Of a stretch of 64,000 nucleotides of DNA, positions 30,656-40,988 are shown piece after piece. Numbering within the stretch: the first letter of the stretch is position 1; every line of letters begins with the position of its first letter. The stretch lies in assembly GCA_050298055.1 (NCBI GenBank), contig JBNKTL010000003.1, positions 77,186 to 141,185 of the forward strand. The letters are read 5' to 3'. The position numbers were made by a program, and so were the translations under genes. The stretch is from Spirochaetota bacterium. Lineage in GTDB: Bacteria; Spirochaetota; UBA4802; UBA5550. The notes beneath the pieces are model-generated. The model searched no databases. It saw only the letters and a list, made by a program, of their open reading frames with translations, and was not told the origin of the DNA.

Positions 30656-30755
30656 TACTAATCTTTGGATAAGCTTTTGTATCGGGACCTTAATCCGTAT
30701 AATACAATCAAGATCCTCAGGGTTCAGGAATTTGAGACTATACTCAATAATGTAA
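30621..30755 (+). pseudogene. Truncated PIN-domain (VapC-like) remnant; only the N-terminal 44 codons remain.
   Basis: The frame begins MSDQNAIKIVVDTNLWISF..., a typical PIN N-terminus whose D would be the first catalytic residue, and hits a stop after 44 codons. Confidence 0.3.
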
Positions 30756-30936
30756 TCAAATAAGAACCGGGGGTCAGAGCATCCAGCATTTACAATGCCC
30801 GGAAAAATTTTATATGACAATATTTCTCCCGTACCAAAATTACACACATTGCATATTGGTTCGGACCATTATGCAATGGTGTGCATAATAGTCCTTGACA
30901 TGATCCTCTTTTTATCCCTTACTGTCTTAAATAAAG

Positions 30937-32136
30937 ATGAAAAGAATTTATGATAATATTATCACAGACCACTTTTCCGAAAACCGGCAGATGATCATGA
31001 TCAGCGGTCCCCGGCAGGTAGGCAAAACCACAACAGCAAAAACAACTGACCCGCATTTATACTATAACTGGGACAACCGGGGACACAGGTCAAAAATACT
31101 TTCAGGCTATAATGAAATCATTAATTCCGAGGACCTATCAAAGACTCCGTCAAAGGGGACACATATAATCTTTGATGAAATACATAAATACTCAAAGTGG
31201 AAGAATTATCTCAAAGGTTTTTTCGATACCTATGAAGAGGAGTACAGGACAATTATAACCGGCAGTTCACGGCTTGATATATACAGGAGGGGAAGCGACA
31301 GCCTTATGGGACGGTATTTTCTTTACAGGATGCACCCCTTGACTGTGGCAGAACTTTTTAGGCAAACACTTCCAGGAGAAAAGCTTATAACCTGTCCTGA
31401 AAAATTTACCGGTAAAGACTTCAGACAGTTGATGGAACTAGGTGGTTTTCCGGAACCTTTTCTTAAAGGGGATAAAAGGTTTTATAAGAGGTGGATTAAA
31501 CTCCGGCGACAACAGCTTTTCAGGGAGGACCTTCGCGACATGACCAGCATCAGCGAGATCGACCAACTGGAGATCCTGGGACAGCTCCTGGAAAAGAGAG
31601 CGGGCCAGCTGATCAATTATACAGGACTGGCAAGCGATATCCGGGTAACAGTGAACACCGTCAGAAGATGGATAACGACCCTTGAACAATTCTATTACTG
31701 TTTCCGGGTAAAGCCGTGGCACGAGAATATCCCCAAGACTCTCCTTAAACAGCCAAAGATCTATTTCCGTGACTGGAGTATTGTTGACGATGAGGGGCAA
31801 AAAAATGAAAACATGACCGCTTCCCATCTTTTAAAGGCAGTTGAACTCTGGACCGATCTCGGTTATGGAGACTTCGGCCTCTATTTTTTAAGGGACAAGG
31901 TAAAAAGAGAAGTGGATTTTCTTGTATCCAGAAACGGCAGTCCCTGGTTTATTGTCGAAGTTAAATCTTCAGGCTCAGGGGGACTCTCACCGTCACTAAA
32001 GCATTTCAATTCACTATTAAAACCGGAACATGCCTTTCAACTTGATTTTTCCGCAAAATATATTGACCGGGACTGTTTTGAGGCCGGTAAGCCCGTGATT
32101 GTCCCCGCAGTGACCTTTTTTTCACAGCTTGCGTGA
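30937..32136 (+). CDS. AAA-family ATPase with a C-terminal DUF4143 domain.
   Basis: Walker A motif (GPRQVGKTT), a Walker B-like IIFDEIH, and the characteristic C-terminal region. Total length is 399 aa. Confidence 0.75.
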   Translation: MKRIYDNIITDHFSENRQMIMISGPRQVGKTTTAKTTDPHLYYNWDNRGHRSKILSGYNEIINSEDLSKTPSKGTHIIFDEIHKYSKWKNYLKGFFDTYEEEYRTIITGSSRLDIYRRGSDSLMGRYFLYRMHPLTVAELFRQTLPGEKLITCPEKFTGKDFRQLMELGGFPEPFLKGDKRFYKRWIKLRRQQLFREDLRDMTSISEIDQLEILGQLLEKRAGQLINYTGLASDIRVTVNTVRRWITTLEQFYYCFRVKPWHENIPKTLLKQPKIYFRDWSIVDDEGQKNENMTASHLLKAVELWTDLGYGDFGLYFLRDKVKREVDFLVSRNGSPWFIVEVKSSGSGGLSPSLKHFNSLLKPEHAFQLDFSAKYIDRDCFEAGKPVIVPAVTFFSQLA

Positions 32137-32446
32137 TATACAGGGGGCAGAACATTAATAAAATTTTTTGTGTCCTGCAATAACAACTAATGACATTATA
32201 TATAATAGGGGAAATAAAATGTAACGACCGGTACTTCGACCGCATAATTTTGAACTAATCATGATTGGTTAACTGCTGAAATTTCCAACTATTAAAAGAA
32301 TCTTATGGGTGCAAAATCACGCGGGCTCAATACCAGAAATTTCAGCAAAACCGGAATCTTAAAAAAAAGTGAATTGACAGATTATTTAAAAATTCTTAAA
32401 TCCTTTGATGACAGAGCGGTAAGATACATAACGGTTTTTGATATTA

Positions 32447-32575
32447 CTTAGCTGTATGGCTAAAATATACATATTCAATAAATAACAGCCATATGTCCAC
32501 GCCGCGGTCGGCGGCGGGACACATCACTTATTTTTTTATTCATGAGCATATTTGTTTTTACAAACAGCTGAGTAG
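32447..32575. repeat. MITE-like palindromic repeat element, copy B.
   Basis: Left arm cttagctgtatggctaaaatatac. Central hairpin tgtccacgccgcggtcggcggcgggaca followed by a T-run. Right arm acaaacagctgagtag. A Z-module fragment of the composite repeat lies about 100 bp upstream. Confidence 0.6.
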
Positions 32576-32648
32576 TAACTAATATTTTTTGATGATGTAG
32601 GTTATTAATTTTTAGGAATAAATACTGATAAAATAACTGTATTTAATC

Positions 32649-33506
32649 ATGAAAAGCCGTTTCAAAAAGAGCTTCCTTTTTATAAGCACAATTGCGTTTC
32701 TTATCATCCCTAATATTTCCTCTCCTGAAATAATCTACCTGAAAGACGGCCAGGTTTTGAAGGGCGCTATTATCCATGAAGATAAAGAATCCATAACATT
32801 ACAAACTAAATACCAGGCACGAAAGATCTACCGGGACCACATCAAAAGAATACTCTACGGTGACAGGGCAATGGAGAAGATCAACATCCTCCTCCGAAAC
32901 GGGAAAATATTAAGGGGATTTCTCGTGGACCAGGACGCGGAGAAAGTGATATTCCGGGAAAAGAGGGACTCGACCGAAGAGGTAACTCTCCGGAAAGTCA
33001 GCATAAAACAGATGTCCCCCGATGAGATAAAGCTTCTCTCGCCGGACATCTTTTTTCACCTGGGATATTATCTCCCCGTGAGCAAAGGGAAAACGGAGCT
33101 CTCTATCAGCCCCCTCTATACTCTCGGCAGCGGAATAAATTTTATCTGGATAAATAGGACGCGGTTGACTCTGGAGGCCGGGTACAGCAGGATCAGGGGG
33201 AAGGAAAACAAAGATGAATATATGCAGAACATTCCCGTGACCCTGAATTCACTCTATTCAATCCCCTTTGCGCATTTTAACCTGGTGCCCAAGATAGGGA
33301 TGGGGTGCGTTATCTCAGAGTTTAAAGACAGCGAGAACAACCGGTACAGAAGCTATGATCTCACCGCCGGCATGGGCGCGGGGATGGAGTACGGATTAAC
33401 GAAGAAGATCAATATCGGTATCTGGATGGAGTATAATATGATCTTTGAGAAGGGTACGGTCTTCAGCGGGGTGGTTGTGAAGACGGGGTTGGGGTTTGTT
33501 TTTTGA
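32649..33506 (+). CDS. Outer-membrane beta-barrel protein with two N-terminal SH3-like repeats.
   Basis: Signal peptide present. Two roughly 45-aa repeats (IIYLKDGQVLKGAII... and INILLRNGKILRGFLV...). C-terminal amphipathic beta strands end in GLGFVF, with a terminal Phe. Confidence 0.6.
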   Translation: MKSRFKKSFLFISTIAFLIIPNISSPEIIYLKDGQVLKGAIIHEDKESITLQTKYQARKIYRDHIKRILYGDRAMEKINILLRNGKILRGFLVDQDAEKVIFREKRDSTEEVTLRKVSIKQMSPDEIKLLSPDIFFHLGYYLPVSKGKTELSISPLYTLGSGINFIWINRTRLTLEAGYSRIRGKENKDEYMQNIPVTLNSLYSIPFAHFNLVPKIGMGCVISEFKDSENNRYRSYDLTAGMGAGMEYGLTKKINIGIWMEYNMIFEKGTVFSGVVVKTGLGFVF

Positions 33507-36500
33507 GTACCAGAATCCCCCGAAGGGGGACTTTAAGATTTTAGTTGGAGGTAATGGGATGAGAACAGAGATCTTTAACGGGTGGGATTTTATTCACAAC
33601 TTTCGACTAACATTTCGTAAAACATTTAGGCTGCGCTTTCTCGGGTTATATGTTTCAATAATAATCGCGTCTTTAATGAGCTGCAGTGACGGGGCGGTCA
33701 ACGCCTACCTGGACTATGAACCGAACAGGGCGCCGCAGATCCTAGACCTGCAAAGCGATTTCACCGGCCTGCCTGTTCCCGGGGATATCATGACCGTAAG
33801 CTGTGAAACCTATGACCCCGACGGGAACCCTCTCACCTACGACTTTACCTCAGGCCAGGGGAGCTTCACGGGCCAGCAGGACAGGGAGGGAAAAAGTGAA
33901 ATAACATTTGTTGTGGGCAATATTTCCGGGGGTGAAGAGGTCACTGTCTCCGTACAGGTCACCGACAGCAAAAACGCCTCTGCCGCAGCCACCCTCAATA
34001 TCGGAACAAGCAGCCTGGGCCCGGCAATCACCCTTCTGGGATCGGATAACAGGACCATAGGGGCCGATGGGTATTCAGCGGTGACATTCAGGTCAAGCAT
34101 GGACGGCTTTTACCAGGTTGATCTCGCAGACAGCGGAATAACCGGAGATGAAATAGATCCGGATGGATATTTCTTTTTTATTCAAAAGAACACCGATACT
34201 GTTTTCAATATATGCGGTACCAGCTATAGTGATAATGAATGTATTGCCGGTATTCCGAAACTCGAAACCGATTCTGCAAACAGTGTCTTCATCAAGGTCA
34301 TGGACGGTATGGGGCAGATTTCTGTTCGTGAGATCGTAATTACCGTGCTGGGTACCACTCCCGTTGTGGGAAACCCGGAGATACGTATTACCGATCTGAA
34401 GGATGACGCCATGACCCTTAACTGGAACTTTGCAACAGACCTGGATAACCCCGAAGCCGGTGAGCAACAGCAGGGGATGGACTACAGTGTCTATATGTCT
34501 GAGAATGATAATATCTCCACACTGGAAGACGTGGAATCTTACGGGAACAGAGTAATGGATTGGAAAGCTGATCTAAATTTCTTTACTGTTACCGGTCTTG
34601 CTCCTTCCACTACATATTATTTTAATGTAGTGGTGATGGATGGTGACGGGGTGAAGGAGGTTTATGGGGGTGTTGAGGGGAGGACGGAGGAGAGGACATA
34701 TTTTCAGGTAATCTCCACTGTGCCGGCCCCGGATGTTACTGATGTTGATATTAATTCCAAAATTGTGATAGCATTTAACAGGGAGTTAAACGAGGAAACC
34801 GTCAATGAGGATACGATTGTCCTGAAAGATACCCATGGTGATGAAATTCCTGTGAAACTCAGTCTCTCCGGCAGTAATATGGTTATTATCGTTGAACCTG
34901 TGGACAATCTTGATTATGGGATGAAGTATTATATGACTGTTTCTTCCGGTATGGAAGATGTTCAGGGGGATGGTCTCGGGGATGATTATGTTTTTGGGTT
35001 TTCTACGAAAGTCAGGTGTACAAGCTGTTTTGTGACAACGTGGAAAACGGATAATCCCGGGACTTCGGAGGATGATCAGATCACTATTCCGGTTTATAGT
35101 GGTGAAACTTATGATTATTCTGTAGATTGGGGGGATGGGAGCAGTGATGAACATCTCACAGGGAGTGCAACCCATACTTATGATGTTCCTGGTATTTATA
35201 CCGTTAGCATATCCGGGACATTTCCAAGGATATACTTTTTTAATTCCGGGGATAGGGAAAAAATATTGACAATTGAGAGTTGGGGGGAGATTGAATGGAC
35301 GAGTATGGCATCTGCATTTTTCGGATGTAGTAACCTCACATATAACGCTACAGATGCCCCTAATCTTTCCGGTGTTACTGTTATGAATTATATGTTCTAT
35401 AATGCACTTTCTTTAAACGGAGATTTCAGTGGATGGGACGTCAGTAATGTTGCAGATATGAGCTCTATGTTTGCGTACGCCACTTCATTCAACGGCGATA
35501 TTAGCAGCTGGGATGTAAGCAGTGTTACAAATATGTATGGTATGTTTTGGAATGCTACTTCATTTAACAGAGATCTCAATAACTGGGATGTTAAAAATGT
35601 TATTAATATGTTCTTAATGTTTGGAACTGCTACTTCTTTTAATGGAAATATCAGCGGATGGGACGTTAGTAATGTTACTAATATGTCTGGCATGTTTGAG
35701 TCTGCCACTTCATTCAACGGAGATATTAGCAACTGGGATGTAAGCAGTGTTACAAATATGTATGGTATGTTTTGGAATGCTACAACATTTAACGGGGATA
35801 TAAGTGGATGGGATGTTAGCAATGTTACAGATATGAGATTGATGTTTCGTAATGCTTCTACTTTTTCAAATCATGATCTTAATGGTTGGGATGTTAGTAG
35901 TGTCAAAGTAATGAGTTCTATGTTTAATGGAGCTTCTTCTTTTAATGGAGATATCAGCAACTGGAACGTTAGTAATGTTAAAGATATGATCTATATGTTT
36001 TATAATGCCACTTCATTCAACGGTGATATCAGCAGGTGGGATGTCAGTAGTGTTACAGATATGTACGGCATGTTTCGGAATGCCACTTCATTCAACGGTG
36101 ATATCAGCAGGTGGGATGTCAGTAATGTTAAAAATATGAGTTCTATGTTTAATGGAGCTTCTTCTTTTAATGGAGATATCATTAACTGGAACGTTAATAA
36201 TGTTAAAAATATGATCTATATGTTTAATAATGCCATTTCATTTAACAGAGATATTAACAAATGGGATGTGAGTAGTGTTACTAATATGTATGGGATGTTT
36301 TGGGGCGCAAGTACTTTTAACGGGGATATGAGCAACTGGGATGTCAGCAATGTCACTAATATGGCATTTATGTTTTATAACGCTTCTGATTTTAATGGAG
36401 ACACCAGCAGATGGGACGTCAGTAATGTTATATATATGGATAGCATGTTTTTTGGTGCTCGTTCTTTTAACGGAGATATCAGCGGCTGGGATGTCAGCAG

Positions 36501-37095
36501 TGTCACTGATATGAGCAATATGTTTTATAACGCAAAATCATTTGAGAAAGATATCAGTGATTGGGATGTAAGTAGTGTAACTAATATGAAATTTATGTTT
36601 TTTGGTTCCTCTTCTTTTAACGGAGATATAAACGGATGGGATGTCAGCAGTGTCACAAATATGAATGCAATGTTTGCTTACGCCACTTCTTTTAACAGGG
36701 ATATCAGCAGGTGGGAGGTAAATAGCGTCAAAAGTATGGTAAGTATGTTTTGTGGGGCTTCTTCTTTCAATGGAGATATTAGTAGCTGGAACGTCAGCAA
36801 TGTCACAGACATGAACTCTATGTTTTATAACGCTACTTCTTTTGACAAAGATATCAGCAAATGGGATGTTAGCAGTGTAACAAATATGACAGGGATGTTT
36901 CGAGGCACAACTTCATTTAATGGAGACATAAGTAACTGGGATGTCAGTAGTGTTATAAATATGAGTTATATGTTTTATAACGCATCTGCTTTTTCATACC
37001 ACAATCTCAGCGACTGGGATGTTGAAAATGTTACTGATCACACGGGATTTTCAACAGGATGGGGAGATGGGAATATGGAGCCTGAGTGGCCGTGA
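33496..37095 (+). CDS. Large surface lipoprotein with N-terminal Ig-like domains and about 22 tandem DUF285 (BspA/Mycoplasma-type) repeats.
   Basis: 1199 aa. The likely true start is MRTEIF (33556), with signal and lipobox IIIASLMSC. From about residue 620 the 25-aa unit FNGDIS.WDVS.VT.M..MF....S repeats continuously. Confidence 0.75.
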   Translation: MFFEYQNPPKGDFKILVGGNGMRTEIFNGWDFIHNFRLTFRKTFRLRFLGLYVSIIIASLMSCSDGAVNAYLDYEPNRAPQILDLQSDFTGLPVPGDIMTVSCETYDPDGNPLTYDFTSGQGSFTGQQDREGKSEITFVVGNISGGEEVTVSVQVTDSKNASAAATLNIGTSSLGPAITLLGSDNRTIGADGYSAVTFRSSMDGFYQVDLADSGITGDEIDPDGYFFFIQKNTDTVFNICGTSYSDNECIAGIPKLETDSANSVFIKVMDGMGQISVREIVITVLGTTPVVGNPEIRITDLKDDAMTLNWNFATDLDNPEAGEQQQGMDYSVYMSENDNISTLEDVESYGNRVMDWKADLNFFTVTGLAPSTTYYFNVVVMDGDGVKEVYGGVEGRTEERTYFQVISTVPAPDVTDVDINSKIVIAFNRELNEETVNEDTIVLKDTHGDEIPVKLSLSGSNMVIIVEPVDNLDYGMKYYMTVSSGMEDVQGDGLGDDYVFGFSTKVRCTSCFVTTWKTDNPGTSEDDQITIPVYSGETYDYSVDWGDGSSDEHLTGSATHTYDVPGIYTVSISGTFPRIYFFNSGDREKILTIESWGEIEWTSMASAFFGCSNLTYNATDAPNLSGVTVMNYMFYNALSLNGDFSGWDVSNVADMSSMFAYATSFNGDISSWDVSSVTNMYGMFWNATSFNRDLNNWDVKNVINMFLMFGTATSFNGNISGWDVSNVTNMSGMFESATSFNGDISNWDVSSVTNMYGMFWNATTFNGDISGWDVSNVTDMRLMFRNASTFSNHDLNGWDVSSVKVMSSMFNGASSFNGDISNWNVSNVKDMIYMFYNATSFNGDISRWDVSSVTDMYGMFRNATSFNGDISRWDVSNVKNMSSMFNGASSFNGDIINWNVNNVKNMIYMFNNAISFNRDINKWDVSSVTNMYGMFWGASTFNGDMSNWDVSNVTNMAFMFYNASDFNGDTSRWDVSNVIYMDSMFFGARSFNGDISGWDVSSVTDMSNMFYNAKSFEKDISDWDVSSVTNMKFMFFGSSSFNGDINGWDVSSVTNMNAMFAYATSFNRDISRWEVNSVKSMVSMFCGASSFNGDISSWNVSNVTDMNSMFYNATSFDKDISKWDVSSVTNMTGMFRGTTSFNGDISNWDVSSVINMSYMFYNASAFSYHNLSDWDVENVTDHTGFSTGWGDGNMEPEWP
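35350..37010 (+). repeat. Tandem coding repeat array of DUF285 units, 75 nt each.
   Basis: About 22 consecutive units with the conserved core tggga(t/c)gt(c/t)agcagtgt.acaaatatg...atgtttt. Several units are near-identical at the DNA level, for example 36000-36075 versus 36070-36145. Confidence 0.7.
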
Positions 37096-37120
37096 GGTAA
37101 TTCAACTTCCACATACAGGT

Positions 37121-40100
37121 TTAAGGTAAAATACCATCATCCTGGACTTCCTGATAGTAAATATCGGTCCCGGTAACAGAACTATTCCTAAAATCCAACC
37201 ACACAGGAATAATTCCAAAGGGCGCAGTAGATGCATCATCATCATAAAACAAGAGTTTCATATCAAGTTCGCTGGGAATACCATATGTTGAAGGTGTCAT
37301 TATAAAAAGCTCATTACCTGTAACATTGTCCCAGTTCCCCGATGTACTTTTTGTCCCATCTGAATTAAATCTCTGGGCATAGACCTGGTACCCAACCGTT
37401 GAGTAGTATCTGCCGTCATACCATGCTGCATAGAAAGTGTCATTACCAGCAGATGTTGTATCACTTACAACAAGTTTAGGCTGGAGACAGTAGTATGACA
37501 CCAGATCACTGGTTATTCTTGTCGCAGCAAATGATGAAGATCCATTGGGATTATAACTGCTAATAACTATGTCACTATATGAATCTCCACCGTTATTTTC
37601 ATAGGCAATAAGAATCCTGTTTATTCCGTTAGTTGATTTATCAACAGCTATGTCAGGATTATAACCTGTTATACTAACAGGAAAACCGGCCCTTGTTGCT
37701 CCTGTTGAACCATTTATTCTTACAATCCTTATTGAGCCTGAACCATTATCCGCAAGAAGATATGCTCCGCCAACACCGCTTGTGGCCCTGTCTGGGAGGA
37801 CCTGTGTTATTGAATAGCTTGTAAGTATATTTGTCCGCGCCCAGCTTTCAGTACCATCCGCCGCAATACTTTTTGCATGTATATTTCCGCTCCCTTCATA
37901 AAAGACGATTGTTCTTCCCGCTTCATCCGATACCGCTACCGGATTGGAAAATGTTCCCGTATCAATTGATATCTCCCCTCCAATTGCAGCTCCCGATGCC
38001 AGATTAAATACACGTCCCTTCAGGTCATCAGCTGTATCGATATAAACAACCATGAATGCCCGTTTTGTGTAAATCACATATTTCTGGCTTGCTGCAGTAA
38101 AAATGTCAGCTGAAAGTTCAACATTATTTGCGTCAATTAAAGAGATTATTTCAGCTGATATATCCTGATCAATATTATAGACAATATCCCCTTTGGTAAT
38201 ACCGGCACTCAAATCAGTATTTGTATCAACAAGCCTGAATGCCGTTGTGGATGTACTATACCCTGCTGCCACATATGTTGCTCCTGATGGAAGACTCAAT
38301 ATAGCATAAAAATCATTATCATCAATGATATCAGCATTAAGTTCCAGGGCATAATTGCTTTCTGAACCGGTCAATGGATTTACTACTTCACTTTTTGTTG
38401 CTGCGACTGAATTGTTATTCTCATTAATGACAATATCATCCGCAAGAACTGTAACACCCGGGTTAAATGCAACTGAGGGATCTCTGTCCCAAAGAGGATT
38501 TGAAACAGCTTCAGATGTAAAGGGGCCTTCATGGTTTCTATATATTGTAAATGAATCAAATTGGGCTAATAATGTTAATGTCCTGTCTATTTCTACTTCA
38601 TAACATGGACAGCCTCCATTCCATATACCAGCTCCATTTGCTAGACCCCATTCTGAATCCCCAGTTACTATGATATCACCCGCTACAACAGATGTTAAAT
38701 CCGTAAATGAAGACCTTATATGCGTAGTGTCGGTTGATGCATGCCCAGAGATACCTGTTATAACATTAGTGCTTGTATCTGCAAGATAATAATTTGTGTA
38801 TGCTCCCAGGTTTGAATTAAGATTAGTTTTTAACACATATTCAAATATATCTGTTGGTGATGTGTTCTGGTTCTGTATATTATTACTGTTCCAGTTTATT
38901 CCGGCTGTATTTGTAAGCAATAGATCACCTGCAGCAAGTGTGAAGCTTAAGCTTAAGCTTAAACCTGAAAAATCAACATCCCTGTCAAAAAGAAGATTTG
39001 TTGCAACTCCATCATCGGGCATATCAGCCTGGCCGGTAACTTTTACTGTGGGTCTCTCATGGACAAGGGCGGCAGAAAAGCCTGAACCGGTTTGAGTTGC
39101 GACAACGCTTACACTTGTACCGTCACTACCTGCAGGCCCCCCCCATCGATAAGCAAGGCCATTGTAAACCATTTTTGCATAGAGTATGTCATTATCTGTT
39201 CTTCTTCCAATGATAATTGCGTCATCATTGGTGTACCTGCTGTTAAGGACATTAATAGATGAGAATGCACTTCCGCTGCTTGTAATATCGGAACCGTCAA
39301 CTCCCCACTGCGGGGTACCCGTTGTATCAAAATACTGGGCCTGAATATCAGTACTGTTATCAATCCAGAAGATATAAGATGAGCCATCAGAATTTTGAAC
39401 ACTCTTTAGAGTTCCCTGGTCGTTTGCCACATCAGTAACAACTTTTCCTCCGGTTCCAACATTGGGTGCGGTGAAAAATGAATATTCCGCTGATGCAAGA
39501 TCACCGACAGTATATCCTCCGGAATTATCAATATCGATCCATACCCTGTAGTAATAGAGTGTATTTGGGGTTAAGCCTGTAAGCTGTATCCTGTGGTATG
39601 AATGTTCATCGATACCATCACCATCCCAGTCGGTTTCAACAGTATTTGTTCCATATGTACCGCTTGTCGTACCATATTGCACATATGTTTGAAGCCGCGT
39701 AAAGGGCATGTCAGTGTTAAATGAAATCCATATTGAGTTAGTGGCAGCTGTGTCTTCATTAATATTTGTGGTCGTTGTGGGTGTTGTCCCTCCAGACGCA
39801 GGGTCCGTTTCGGTCGTGAAAGTCCATGTGTCTTCTCCGTCTTCGATAAGAGGATATGTCCCATCTGTTATTGCAGGAGTAAGGTCAACCGTATATAGTG
39901 TATTATAAGCCATAGGATTAACAAAATCAATCCTGTAAGTGTTTGTACCACCTACCTGCGAGACTGAACTTCCGATTACAGCAGGAGTTATTGTGAATGA
40001 TGCACCATCTACTCCCACAACCGGTTTTGTGAAAGTTACTTCAACATATGGTGTATTGATATTGACAGTACCGCCTGTGGGTGACTGTGTTCCCGGTATG

Positions 40101-40576
40101 ACACGGGGATACGTTGTAGTTGAAGTTAATTCCGTTGTAAAATTCCATGTATAGATCTGGTCAACTGACTTAGTCCCCTCAGCGGCTGTGGAGGTTACGC
40201 CAGTATTCAGGGTAACTGTATATAAAGTACCGGGTGTAAGATCAGTTGTTGGATTAAGCGTTATAACTTTGCTATCAGTGCCAGGTGCAGGATAGGTTGC
40301 ACCATTATCAATGCTTATATTTGCAGCAACCGTTGTGAAATCCACAGTATTTGAAAAAACAATGACAATATTTGCATCAACGGGAACATCACTCGAACCA
40401 TCTGTTGGATATGCGAGAAAGGCATTCATATCCGATATGCCCGGTTCAGAAGTTGTAACAGTTGTATTAATACTTGCAGGTTCAACAGTTGGAGCTATAT
40501 CAGAACAGCCTGTTAAGACCAGTATTATAAAAATTATTACTTTTAATAGAACATTAATTTTAATATTGTCATTCAT
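37121..40576 (-). CDS. Giant Thr/Ser-rich surface lipoprotein, a putative adhesin or S-layer-like protein.
   Basis: 1151 aa with signal and lipobox (ILVLTGCSD). The N-terminal region is extremely Thr-rich with Ig-like repeats (TYTVTLNTGVTS, TLYTVDLTPAITDGTY). Confidence 0.7.
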   Translation of the reverse strand: MNDNIKINVLLKVIIFIILVLTGCSDIAPTVEPASINTTVTTSEPGISDMNAFLAYPTDGSSDVPVDANIVIVFSNTVDFTTVAANISIDNGATYPAPGTDSKVITLNPTTDLTPGTLYTVTLNTGVTSTAAEGTKSVDQIYTWNFTTELTSTTTYPRVIPGTQSPTGGTVNINTPYVEVTFTKPVVGVDGASFTITPAVIGSSVSQVGGTNTYRIDFVNPMAYNTLYTVDLTPAITDGTYPLIEDGEDTWTFTTETDPASGGTTPTTTTNINEDTAATNSIWISFNTDMPFTRLQTYVQYGTTSGTYGTNTVETDWDGDGIDEHSYHRIQLTGLTPNTLYYYRVWIDIDNSGGYTVGDLASAEYSFFTAPNVGTGGKVVTDVANDQGTLKSVQNSDGSSYIFWIDNSTDIQAQYFDTTGTPQWGVDGSDITSSGSAFSSINVLNSRYTNDDAIIIGRRTDNDILYAKMVYNGLAYRWGGPAGSDGTSVSVVATQTGSGFSAALVHERPTVKVTGQADMPDDGVATNLLFDRDVDFSGLSLSLSFTLAAGDLLLTNTAGINWNSNNIQNQNTSPTDIFEYVLKTNLNSNLGAYTNYYLADTSTNVITGISGHASTDTTHIRSSFTDLTSVVAGDIIVTGDSEWGLANGAGIWNGGCPCYEVEIDRTLTLLAQFDSFTIYRNHEGPFTSEAVSNPLWDRDPSVAFNPGVTVLADDIVINENNNSVAATKSEVVNPLTGSESNYALELNADIIDDNDFYAILSLPSGATYVAAGYSTSTTAFRLVDTNTDLSAGITKGDIVYNIDQDISAEIISLIDANNVELSADIFTAASQKYVIYTKRAFMVVYIDTADDLKGRVFNLASGAAIGGEISIDTGTFSNPVAVSDEAGRTIVFYEGSGNIHAKSIAADGTESWARTNILTSYSITQVLPDRATSGVGGAYLLADNGSGSIRIVRINGSTGATRAGFPVSITGYNPDIAVDKSTNGINRILIAYENNGGDSYSDIVISSYNPNGSSSFAATRITSDLVSYYCLQPKLVVSDTTSAGNDTFYAAWYDGRYYSTVGYQVYAQRFNSDGTKSTSGNWDNVTGNELFIMTPSTYGIPSELDMKLLFYDDDASTAPFGIIPVWLDFRNSSVTGTDIYYQEVQDDGILP

Positions 40577-40855
40577 TATTGTATTATATTGATTAAAAAA
40601 ACGAATCTTCTTAATGTGATGTATATTAATACTTCATATATATTAAAAAAGAGTAAATTTTCTTGATTTTTATCGCAAAACTCACTAACTTTGCCCATTA
40701 ATACAACATCTTTTTTTAGAAAGTATACACTTTTTAATGGAATATCTGGTACTCAATATTAATGAAATTCTAATAAAATAGAGAATTAATTTCAACAAAA
40801 ATTGAAAAAAAATAGAAAAATCAAATAATATCTTTAATATTAATAATATAAAATG

Positions 40856-40970
40856 AATAACTACTCAACTATATATCCCCATCACCTTAAGTTGTGGGTA
40901 TTTATTAGTTTTATTTTTTTACTGAATATAATTATTCCTAATACATTATTCACATTGTTGAGTAGTTATT
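40856..40970. repeat. MITE-like palindromic repeat element, copy E (variant).
   Basis: Perfect 14-bp terminal inverted repeats aataactactcaac ... gttgagtagttatt. The internal tract gaatataattattcctaatacat is shared with copy A. A weak central hairpin is cccatcaccttaagttgtggg. Confidence 0.6.
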
Positions 40971-40988
40971 AAAATTACAGGTTTAATT

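Noticed and set aside
35350-37010. Regularly spaced 75-nt direct repeats that could be mistaken for a CRISPR array.
   Set aside because: The repeats are in-frame within a 1199-aa ORF and encode the DUF285 protein repeat. There is no repeat/spacer dichotomy and there are no cas genes.
38936-38956. Triple tandem AAGCTT (HindIII site times three) inside the giant lipoprotein gene.
   Set aside because: This is a short trinucleotide-scale repeat encoding LSLSLS within a coding region, with no evident regulatory meaning.
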